A stretch of 64,000 nucleotides of DNA, taken from contig NC_043015.1 of NCBI RefSeq assembly GCF_006345805.1, positions 25,978,001 through 26,042,000 on the forward strand. Direction: 5' to 3'. Origin of the DNA: Octopus sinensis. Lineage: Eukaryota. The position numbers and the translations under genes are program-made. Positions 13,855 to 25,210 of the stretch are shown one piece after another (the stretch's first letter is position 1; every line of letters begins with the position of its first letter). The notes below the pieces were generated by a model that had not been told where the DNA came from, ran no database searches, and worked only from the letters and a program-made list of their open reading frames with translations.

Positions 13855-14055
13855 TTCTACTAAAGGCACAAGCCTTGGAATTTATGGGGAGGAGGATGGT
13901 CGATTACAGCGGCACCATTACTTGACTGGTACTTAATTTATCGACCCCGAAAGAATGAATAATAAAGTCGACTTTGACGGAATTTGAACGTAAAGACGGT
14001 CGAAATGCCACTAAGCATCTTGTCCAGCATGATAATGATTCTTCCAGCTCACCGG
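13855..14055 (-). mobile_element. Family-B SINE
   Basis: ctggtacttaatttatcgaccccgaaag...aaagtcgactttgacggaatttgaac...ccagctcacc. Confidence 0.8.
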
Positions 14056-14099
14056 CTTGATAATAATAATAACAATAATAATAATATTAATAATACTTT

Positions 14100-14630
14100 C
14101 TCTATTGTCCACAAGGACACACAGAAATACGACATTACAGAAAACAAACAAGGGACGGTGGGTTTTAGACGATTCGTTAAACAGCAAATAAGCAACAAAA
14201 CAATTAACAATAGAATTCAAACAATTAAATTAGCCAGTTGGGGTGGGGATCCAGCCAGGGGCTAGCAAGGAATCCCCCCACACACCTACACAATGGCCGC
14301 TCCGATCACGTAGAGCACCTCAGACAAGCACCCCTCTCCTCTTCGCCGCATCCAGCTTACAAGCGCATACTTAGTGTAGGCTCATTCACACAGGCCATCC
14401 GCGTCACATTCACCCTTCTTCGAAAGAACTTACTGGGCGACAGCACATCTCACTGCAGCCTCACCTTCCTTTTCAAATGGAACCTGAAAAACATAGTAAG
14501 TCCTTGGCTGAAGGGGAGCGCCTGTCTTCGATCCTTTCAGACGTGACTACCACACAACCTCTTTCGCAATAGCCACTGGACAGAGGAAAACTACCTGTCC
14601 TTCACGGCCAAAGGAAGGTGGTGTGGCGAT
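14100..14630 (-). mobile_element. L1/Tx1-like LINE 3' fragment
   Basis: The minus strand gives FFRFHLKRKVRL..VLSPSKFFRRRVNVTRMA, homologous to 20310-20410 on the plus strand. Confidence 0.7.
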
Positions 14631-14659
14631 CTTCACGATAATGATAATAATAGTAATAA

Positions 14660-14855
14660 TTTTGACTCAAGGTCAGAATTTTGGAGAAAGGATTAAGTCG
14701 ATTGCATCAACCCCAGCGTTCAATTGGTACTTATTTTATCGACTCCGAAAAATGAAAGGCAAAGTTGAATTTGAACTCAGAAATCAAAGACAGACGAAAT
14801 ATCGCTAAGCCTTTTGTCCGGTGAGCTAACGATTCTGCCAGTTCACCGCTTTCAT
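14660..14855 (-). mobile_element. Family-B SINE
   Basis: Same central domain and head (gattctgccagttcaccgc) as the other copies. Confidence 0.75.
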
Positions 14856-15810
14856 TGCCTTAATATCAATAACAATAATAATAGAAATTTTATGTTAGTG
14901 TGAGACTTCCTACAATTTGTGAACTAAATGTAGATTGGTTAAATGATAAATATATTTTATGGCATCAACATTTTCTTACTCATAGAAATGTGGCTAAACA
15001 AAAGGTAGGAGTCTATCGCTCCCAGCTGTTGGATGGATATTCACCTCACTGAGTTCATCCACCATTTCACAGATTTTGCTTTTAATCATGTAGGGTGTGC
15101 AAGGAAAATTACCCTATTCACATGGTAGTACTCTACTGGTTGAAGACTGGATGGCCCGACCATGCAACAAGCTGTACTGCACTTGTATCGATTTGCACGA
15201 AGTGACGCTATTGCAGAAGACACTTGACCAACTCGCCAGGCATGGATTGAACCCGAAAACATCATTGCGAAGCGAGCTTCACCACAAAGACATGTCTGTA
15301 CATATGGCAAATAAATAGAAAATTGTAATAATAAAAAGTATAAACCAGTCTTGTAAGTTACCGTTTATATGGCTAGAAACGGAAACAAAGTGTTTACAAA
15401 GTTCTTCAATAAAACGTCACAAAGTTCAATGAACCCAACTCGGGGAATATGGCGTGATATTTTCTTTTAGCGTTTAACAGATTCATGTAGTTTTATAGAT
15501 GAAGGCTGACATCAATGAAAGCTCTTAATGTGGCAACAGCTTTTGCATTGGTCGTCAACATGCTATAAATATTTTGTTTTGTAAATTTGAAATATGATAT
15601 AAAAATGCATAAGGTTATATTGCGTTATGAATTGAGGCAAAATGTAAAGCTACAATATAATAAAACCTATAATGTTACATGACCTGTTAAATATGCATGC
15701 TTTCATCTATCTATTCACCTTTATATATATATATATATATGAGTGTGTGTGATGTGTACATATGTATGTATATGTGTATGTGCATGCGTGTGTGTGCGCG
15801 CGTGTGTGTA

Positions 15811-15843
<33 letters not shown>

Positions 15844-17581
15844 ATATATATATATATGTATATATATATGTATATATATACATATATATATACATATACA
15901 TACGCACTCTCTCATACACATGTATGTATGTATGTTTGTTTAGGCAAACACAGCTGTATCATATCAAACAGTATTCCTTCCGCTAGTGGTTGCGTCCCAA
16001 TTGTCAAACAGAAATTTAGATTAAATTCATATGAAAAGTTGAGATAATCTCAAAAATGAAAAATTCAGCAAAGTTGGTATGCCATTAAAGGAGTCGAGAA
16101 TGTTCCTTATCTTGAGATAAGCAGTCAGTTATAACAAGAACTTCTGCCTCAATAGACGACATCAACACGACAGTTTTACTCGTCAGTAACTAGTAACCCT
16201 CCTTAATGTCACGTCAGTTTTGGAGAATACTTAATGCTTAGGATTATCTCCCCTTCTCAAATGGAGCTGGCCACAAGCACCATTTGGTAATTGTCGCACA
16301 TCCTCTTGAATCGGTGAATGTTTTAATAAAACAGGAATTTCTGATGTATGTGATGAATTAGGTACAAATAATAAATTTCTAGACAGTTGTGATAAATCTG
16401 AAATTACCGAAACATTTGACGTTTATATTCCTGTTCATATTCCTACTTTCTTTCATTTACAAATATATCTTAGTGGTAATACTCTCGTTTGAAGTTTGTT
16501 CGCTACAGACGTTTTTTAATTGCCAGAAAATATATCTATTTAAATTTTAATATACTTAAAATTACCCCATTTTTCAGGAACAATATCTTTTAGAAATTTT
16601 GTTAATCTTGTTAATAAACATAGCCGTTGAAATTTCTTCAAAATTGTCCACCTTAAGCTACAAAATACTAAATGAAATAATTAATTTAAGACAGTTGCCC
16701 CCTATTCTAAAAGATAAGAATAATTTTTTTTTTGAATGTTTAAAATTCAGTGTGTCAAAATTTGAAGCCAATATATAAAATTTTGTCACTTTCATCGGCA
16801 ATTAAAAATGTTCAATGCATTAAATTTCCTCCGAATTACTCAATTTAGGCATCCGAAATATTCCACATTAGTTCATTGACGAAATTCTTGCCGTACATAT
16901 TTGAACAATTTTATTTGATTTTGAAGATATTTTTTTTACAACCATTGAGAAAATTCTTCCTATTTTCTTTTAATTTATGCCTCGAAAAACATCAGAATGC
17001 AACCACCCAAACCGTGAAGAAATTGTCCATTTAAGGAAATCTGTGCCTTTTAGATTAGTAAATTTTCAAACCACGTTTTCCTTTTAAAATAACAAATGGC
17101 AAGGTTTGCTTGATTTCATCCGACCAATAAAATATCAAATGTTTTCAAAATTAGCTGATTTAACCATCGAAATTAAACTGAAACAGTTTACACGATGAAA
17201 TTCGGCTACACAAAAGAAATTCTTAAAAAAATGAATACATAAATATATATTAAAAAATTCAGTTTCTAATTCAACTTGCCGATATATGGTGAAATTGCTT
17301 GCTGAGTGACATTGAAGCAGATCAGCCTACGCAAAAGAAATACATCATCATCGAATACACATAATCAATGAAAGGCGTTCAGTTTTTTCATATCTTCTAT
17401 AATATTCTTTTACACGTTCCTGATTCCTTTGTCTGTTTCGTCCAAATGCCACGCTTACGCTGAGAGTGGGGGGATCACTAAAATGGAGAAATATACATAG
17501 AGAGTGAAGTGAGAGAAAGAGAGAAAAGGAAGAAACGGAAATAGTGGAATCAGTGAAAAAACTAGAAAAGGAAAATACGAA

Positions 17582-17621
<40 letters not shown>

Positions 17622-18163
17622 TTAAATTGCTTCGGGTTTTGTATTTCTGTTTGTCACTGTATGTTACAAACAGTTTGAACAGATCTATTTCTAACGTAGA
17701 ATGTTTGTATCTAATTCAGTTAGGAAGCTCATGCTTTTTTCGTCTGGACTCATCATAATCGAATGACAAATAAACATAGTAAATAGTAAATTTAATTAAA
17801 ATGAATAAGTGGTATCTTTTTAATTAATCTTTCTTCCGAATATAAAGCATATCATATCTGTCAACCGTACTACAAGGAGATAAAAACAAAGCCCTACTTT
17901 CGAAATTCATTACATTTATATTTAAAACACTGTTTCAATTAAATCGCAGGATATAACAGGAATTTTTTTTCAAACACCTTTTACTTGTGTTTAATATATT
18001 AGCACAATATTTTGAAAGGTGCTCGGATATACACTGGTATTTCCATGGGTCCTCCTAGCATTCCTCTTACTTTAGATACCGAGAACAGTTATGTACGGTA
18101 AAAGGACCCATTTAGATATGAGAAAATATTGACAGTCATATATGTTTCTGAGTGCACGCGCGC

Positions 18164-18210
<47 letters not shown>

Positions 18211-18314
18211 CGTGTGTGCGGGTGTGTTTGTCTGAGAGAATCTGTGTGTATGTCTGCATGTTTGTGTATATACATATATATACGTATATACACAAACACA
18301 CACACACATATATA

Positions 18315-18363
<49 letters not shown>

Positions 18364-18921
18364 CATCGCACAAAAACACACACACACATACACATAGCGA
18401 TTTGCACATGTGTTTATGCATGTGTTTTACTTGCGCAAGTTTAATTATTAAAATAAAAACAGGCGCGTACATACACTCTCATATGTATGTATGCGTGGGT
18501 GTGTGGGGGTGTGTATTAATGCTTACATTATATGAACGGTGTAACATGAAGATAGAATACCCTATATACGATAATTAGGAAGATATAGATGGTTAAATGA
18601 ATTCATACATGACCAAATGGCTTTTTAACTCTGGCCATAAATGTATATTTAACTACATATTCATTCGGTTACAAGTGGAGAGACACGATTTAATAGAAAT
18701 TTTCATTGCATCAAACGACATGTTTTCGCACTGATACTTCTTTTATATGCATATATGTACTGCAATATGTACACATACAATAATTTTACTTACACAGATA
18801 CATATATACACACATACATACATGTATGTAAGTATGTATTTTTATATGTTTGTGTGTGTGTGTATATACATATACATATATATTCATATATGTATATATA
18901 TATATGTGTGTGTGTATATAC

Positions 18922-18968
<47 letters not shown>

Positions 18969-19519
18969 CATACACACGAGTGAGTGGGCAAAATAAAGTG
19001 GTACTCCATATCGCTCATATTTCACGGGAGTTGCATATATTATTATATAATAGTTTGATTCTGCTCGTTTTGGCTTATGGTTCTCTGAGGTCGCACCACG
19101 AACTGATTTTACCATTCATCTAGAAAAAGGAATAATAGGATCTGAGGCATATTCAAGATGGGATTCTCGTCCATCCGTCAGTTCAGATCACGTACTAATG
19201 TGGAGTCAACATTTGTTCTTTTCAATATTCTTCAGCCCATCTGATCGGTGATGATGTTGACAGGGAGCTGACGTATCCGTGATGGCAAGCTGCAATATGG
19301 TGTCTTTAGCGACATCGATTCATTATATTTGACATCATGGTTGTTGTCACCGGTTATTAAACTAGCTTGGGCAATGAAAATTACCCTCTTTACATGGGCA
19401 ACCCGCTCGAACGTGGAAAGGTTGGGTTGGCTTATGGGCACATAACCGTGATGGTGTCGGACACCTCAGAAATTGAGGTGGTCGGTTCGTCATTGGAGGA
19501 ATATGAAAAGTTGACGGAA

Positions 19520-20690
19520 AAAAAAATTTAAACTGGAAAAGTCGGTGAACTTGGAGCCCGGCACTTCGTTTGACAAATCCATGCCGTCCAACAACGGCGT
19601 TGGGCGCTGGAAAAATGGAGCGGTAAAGCCGCTTGGGGTTGGGTTCTGACCAGAACACCAGGTGGATAAAAACTGGGACGAGGTGACGAGCAGAGAGCAG
19701 ATTAACCAGTCTCATCCAGAAATGGGTTGCGAGGAAACTATCACTGAAATACCGTGCTGAGGTGGCGTCCGTCATCTACTACCGACTGACCGTCGTACCT
19801 TGCCACCGTTCGCGCCTAACCTCTATAGAGGGTTAATGATGAGAAAGTGCGATGACGTACTCTGAGATGTTTTGGGCGTCGATAAAATCGAACAGACCAG
19901 TCTGTTCCGGAGGAATCTTGAGCCGGGGACGATGGATAACTTCCAGAAATCCCTCGCTTGTTAGTGCTACCGGGGGGACATTGCCGGTTCGAGATAAAAC
20001 CTACAGGCACAGATGTGCTGTCAGACGGACCTGCCCAAGATGCTCGCAGAACGACGAAGCGGTTCTGCATGTAGTCGTCCAGTTTGTGTGCATTACTAGC
20101 TTGTGGAGTTATGTCGAATAGCTGTTGTCGCGTGTAGCATGGATCAGGCTATCAGCCGAGCCCATAATGAAGATCAACCGCCGCCTTCCTTTAATCAGGG
20201 AGGGTAGGCCAATTTTCCTGTTTGGTGGCAGTAGCAAAAGGGGTTGTGTGGTGAACCAGGTTGAAAGGAATGAAGAGAGACACTTTTCTCTTCAGCTAAT
20301 CCCTCATCAACTTTTTCAAATTTCACTAGGAAAGGAAGATGTGGGTAGAGAGAGAAGTGATGCCCCCAGTACATTTGCTGAAAGGAGGGTGAATGTAGCG
20401 AAAATGGCCCTTGTGAGTGGATCTACTCTAATAATGCACCTGTAGGCTGGTGAATTTGATGAGGAGAGAGATATCCTTCCCGAGTAACCTCGAAGCATCA
20501 ATTGGTTCAGGATTGGTGGGATATCTGAATCAACCCTGGGTGGGGAATTTTCATTGTTATATTTTTCTCGGTTAATGTGTATTGTTATTGTTTTCTAAAT
20601 TGTTTACTCGTTGTTTTCGTAAAACCCCACTGTCCCCGTAACTGTATTGTCCCCCATATGTCGGCCCTGGTGGCCAATAAATGAAATCAT
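19520..20690 (+). mobile_element. Decayed L1/Tx1-like LINE, ORF2 C-terminal region and 3' UTR
   Basis: Translates to KNWDEVTSR, KWVARKLSLKYRAEVASVIYYRLTVVPC and LPVRDK...CPRCSQNDEAVLH (C-terminal Cys/His knuckle). Ends in ggccaataaa. Confidence 0.8.
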
Positions 20691-20699
20691 CATTATCAT

Positions 20700-21060
20700 T
20701 ATTATTTCTCTTTATCACAGGTTTTGTTGGTGTTCCTGGAGACTTGCATGCGTAGCGAGCTAGCTACCTGAAGCCTACGGTACCACGCTATCCGTTCTGT
20801 TCAGCTATCTAATACCTTCCTGATAATTCTGACCATGCTAAGGAGGCACACCTTTTGTAACAGCTCTACTGTGCACTCTATTCCAATTTCCTTTATATTC
20901 CTCTTGATGCCATCTGACACAGATCCCAAAGATCCAACAATAATTGGCACTATCTTCACCTTCTTCATTTTCCATAGCCGGGCTATTTCGTACTTAAGAG
21001 GGTTGCATTTATCTATCTTTAAGCCTTCCTTTTTCAGGAGGAGAGGAGTACCCTTCCTTT
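20700..21060 (-). mobile_element. 5'-truncated R4/Dong-like non-LTR element (restriction-like endonuclease C-terminus) in a TAA tract
   Basis: The minus strand gives LKYEIARLWKMKKVKIVPIIVGSLGSV...LLQKVCLLSMVRIIRKVLDS*. TAA-type repeats flank both sides. Confidence 0.8.
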
Positions 21061-21061
21061 A

Positions 21062-21149
<88 letters not shown>

Positions 21150-21151
21150 CA

Positions 21152-21195
<44 letters not shown>

Positions 21196-21744
21196 GTTGT
21201 TGTTGTCATTATTATTATTATTACTAATATTATTCATAATTATTATTGTAATGTATTTCGTATACTATAATGAAGACATGAAATATGGTATTAAAAATGT
21301 ACCAAATTACCCATTCTTTGTTTTGACATGCTTAGTCAGCAACTATTATGGTTCACCAGAACTTTCAACGGCTTTCTGATTGAGAATAAAACAATCTGCA
21401 TACGAACATTTGTTTACTGGAATGATTTTCACGAGAACAAAGCTTCGATTATATATTCTGCAGCGACTGTTTAACACACGTTTTTTTTTCTTCTCTTCAT
21501 TCTTTTGTTTCTCCTCGTCAATCATTCCTGTTGAAACGCGTAGGCAGCAATCATTAATGACTCGTTCCAGTTTTTCTGAGCTTCAAACTAATACACACAC
21601 TTTGTTAATATGCCTCTTCTTCGTCATTTTTTGTACCATATACAGATACAGGCGCACGCGTACACACACACTCACACACACTCACACACACTCACAAACA
21701 CACACACACACACACACATACACACACAAACATCGTGTATAGAT

Positions 21745-22075
21745 TCCTGCTCTGTTCGTGACATTTCTGAAGTCGGCGTGCAGCAAAGACCATGTCAACT
21801 GTTCCATGGCCATCTCTGAAGCCATACTGACTCTCTGCCCGATGGCCGCCTACCATGTCCTGAGCGAAGACATTAAAGAGGACATTTGTGAGTATTTCGT
21901 CGGCGAGCCAGGGATTGGCAACCTATGCATGTGAACAGTAGACCCGGCGGACGATGCGCAGGAAACCACCAAACTGATTCAAAGGGCAGGAATGCGAAGC
22001 AGCAAGCATTATGTAGCGTGGACAGGGCACAGTGTCTCACCAAGGATACGATGGCCACCCGCTACATCTCGAATT
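21745..22075 (+). mobile_element. Highly decayed RTE-like LINE 3' end
   Basis: A GC-richer block with fragments RDISEV..QQR..QL.HGHL, AAYHVLSED and VDRAQ...AT, resembling RTE C-termini. Confidence 0.4.
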
Positions 22076-22407
22076 ATCTCTAGTTCTGTTGACCTCATCC
22101 AATAACTGGAATCAGACAGGATGGGTGTAGAGAGCGAGGCAGATGACATTGCACAACCATCCGCTTAAATTCATGTCACGCACAAGTCAAGACATCAAAC
22201 ATACACACACAGAAATTCATGCATGTGTGTGTGTAATAGAAAACGATACACTATAAACTTTGAATTTCAATACAGGGAATATACTTCTGCTGTATTTAGA
22301 ATGCTTTATATAATTTCTTTGAATAAATAACCTTGTGATATATGTGTATGTATTAATGTAGATAAGCAATTCAATACTATAAACGTATGCTTGAATGTAT
22401 ACCCGAC

Positions 22408-22566
22408 CTTCTTCATTGCCCATCATCATGTCAACGAACGTTGTGATCTTTAGTCACAGTTCTTCTTTTGCCTTGGAATTTTCCTGCAACAGTTCAAAAG
22501 TGGTGTCCTTCTTTTGGTGATATTTATAGATCACCATCATGTGAGTTACTCAGAATTGTCAGACAT
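22408..22566 (-). other. Candidate 159-nt exon (5'UTR/first-coding or lncRNA), ending ATGATGATGGGCAATGAAGAAG|gtcggg
   Basis: Very strong acceptor (long pyrimidine tract ...ttctctatttctccttacag|) and a weaker donor. All three frames contain stops; the last stretch encodes MMMGNEE in phase 1. Confidence 0.35.
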
Positions 22567-22778
22567 CTGTAAGGAGAAATAGAGAAGGAGAACAAAATGT
22601 GGAGAAATAGAAGAAGAAAGTGAAGAAGAATGAAAGAAGAATTTATGCTAGAGCTTTGTAGACCTCCACACGTGTCCACAATGCAATTTAAACTCAGAGA
22701 ACCGGAAGACTATCACAAGATATTTCTATCCAACTTCATATTGGCCCTACCTTTCCACTGCTTATGAATTGACGAATG

Positions 22779-22859
<81 letters not shown>

Positions 22860-22860
22860 T

Positions 22861-22945
22861 AGCGTCCACTAATACTATTTGTTCCACGTCCTCGCGTTAT
22901 TGTGTTTTCTCTTTCTGTTTTCATGTTTGGATTAACTATATATAT
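22861..22945 (+). mobile_element. Terminal PLE pLTR fragment between (TA)n tracts
   Basis: agcgtccactaatactatttgttccacgtcctcgcgt...ggattaactatata matches the pLTR end at 54156-54225. Confidence 0.7.
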
Positions 22946-23830
22946 ATATATATATATGCATGTAGAATACTTTTCAAATAAATTACACAACTACAAAAAG
23001 CTCACAAATAAACGTGATAGACCTCCTAACAAAACGTCGTTATTCTCTCCCATGTTCTTCTAGCATAATGTAATTTAGTATTCTCAGACAATTGAGCAGT
23101 CTATGTGTTTGTGAAAACAATCATCACGAGGTCTTCGGAAAGGTAACACTATCGTTTACTCTTCTCAACACGCCACATGATAAATACCTAAGTATCCGCT
23201 AACATCAATGAAAACAGGACAGGCTTTTGATAACCTTCAGTCTTGTACCATTTGCAAAATCGACTCCGTATCAGCATTAGATGTTCTGCACGGATTCATT
23301 TTTGCAGACGTCTATACATTGCGATTTATTGATATAAGCTAAATCATTTCCAAACACGAATTCCAGACCAATAATAGGTAGTAAGTAGAATCATTGACGA
23401 TTCTACATTATGTATGTTTTTTTTTTATCATAATTTTCCTTCCGAATGATAGTAACCATTATTTTGGAGAGAGAGAGAGAGAGAAGAAAATACAAAAGAA
23501 AAATATATTTATATCTATGAATCACAAAAACGCTCGGTATTAAATTTCATATTTGAAATGAGCTCGAACAAGGATATATAATCCGTTTATGTCAACATTT
23601 CTGCAACAAACAACGCACTGAGATATGGAAATATAACAGAAGCCATAACATTAGTGCAGATAGAGTGGCTTGAGAACATCAAATTGAGAAATCGATAGTT
23701 TCGGCTTGATAGACTGTCACTTGTCTTGCGCATGCCCACTCACAATGTCGCATCTATCAGTAAAGTGTAAATATATAAGCATATAGAAGGGGATATTTGT
23801 GTGTATGTGCGTGTGTGTGTGTGTGTGTGT

Positions 23831-24225
23831 ACGGGTTAATGTATATATAGCCGTTTACGAATATAGCCATGGCTGTCAGTGCATATGTGAATATATATTT
23901 ATATATATATATATGTATATGAATGTATAAAATATGTGTGTATATACTATTAAGTGTAAAAAAATATATATGTACGTACACACATATAAACTCACACAAA
24001 CTTGCGTTTGTGTGTTGTGTGTGTGTGTGTGTACGGGTTAATGTATATATAGCCGTTTACGAATATAGCCATGGCTGTCAGTGCATATGTGAATATATAT
24101 TATATATATATATATGTATATGAATGTATAAAATATGTGTGTATATACTATTAAGTGTAAAAAATATATATGTACGTACACACATATAAACTCACACAAA
24201 CTTGCGTTTGTGTGTTGTGTGTGTG
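23831..24225. repeat. Near-identical ~200-bp tandem duplication bounded by (GT)n
   Basis: acgggttaatgtatatatagccgtttacgaatatagcc occurs at 23831 and 24033; cttgcgtttgtgtgttg occurs at 24001 and 24201. Confidence 0.92.
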
Positions 24226-24291
24226 CGTGTGTGTGCGTGTATGCACATAAGCAAATACAGCAATGAATTAATGTATGTATATGCATATATA

Positions 24292-24335
<44 letters not shown>

Positions 24336-24416
24336 GTATATATATATGTATATATATATACATATATATATATGTATATATATATATATGCATATATATA
24401 TATATATATGCATATA

Positions 24417-24461
<45 letters not shown>

Positions 24462-24909
24462 ATATGCATATATATATGTATATATATATATATACATACA
24501 CATATATATACATATACACAGACGCACACACACATATATAAATATGTACATGTGAATATGTGTATATATGCACGGGTGTATGTTTGTGTATGTATAGATT
24601 TCAGGCATAGATAAACATCTATGATGTATACGTAGCTACACGCACATACACTCACATAAACATGTGTACAGTGGAGTGCATAAATATTTATCAGTCACCA
24701 GACAATGGAGTGCTAAATGAAATTATAGACTTGATACTTTGTGTTCGTGTCAGACTCTAACAAACTCTGGTGAATATTCACATGAATTAGAAATGCCAAC
24801 TGTGGCACTAAATATCAGTGACAAACTTGGTTCGGACATAGAATAAGGGATCAGATAATCTCCAGTGAATATCACTTCTAATGTACGCAGCGCAAAAAGT
24901 GGAGCATTA

Positions 24910-25210
24910 CGGCTGGTACCTTAATTTATCGTTCATTGAAGGATAGAAAAGTAAAGTTTTCCTCGACAGGATTCGTGCTCTGAACATATAGGAGCGGATT
25001 ATATTGGGTTTAAAATTTGGCACAAGGCCAGCAATTTCAGGGGATTGGGTAAGTCGATTACATCGACCCAGTGTACAAGTGGTACTTATTTTATCGACAC
25101 CGAAAGGATGAAAGGCAAAGTCGATCTTGAACTCAGAATATAAAGCTGGATGAGATGCCGCTAAGCATTTTGCTTGCCGTGCTCACCATTCTATCAGCTC
25201 GCCTCCTTAA
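24910..25210 (-). mobile_element. Family-B SINE copies (one partial, one near full length)
   Basis: tttggcacaaggccagcaatt...gtacttattttatcgacaccgaaaggatgaaaggcaaagtcga...cagctcgcctccttaa. Confidence 0.8.

Noticed and set aside
17230-17477. Protein-looking frame after the 17477 acceptor (AWHLDETDKGIRNV*KNIIEDMKK...)
   Set aside because: It has several TAA/TGA stops and no recognisable family. Invoking editing at all of them is unsupported.
19362-19775. 137-aa minus-strand ORF, considered as a 5'-inverted LINE segment
   Set aside because: The plus strand carries the recognisable Tx1-like motifs, so the ORF is only the antisense shadow.
10462-22566. Faint SH3-like look (VIYKY...W...GNEEGIFPTYF) of the joined candidate exons
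   Set aside because: It needs stop-codon readthrough, the motif spacing is wrong and it rests on unverified junctions.
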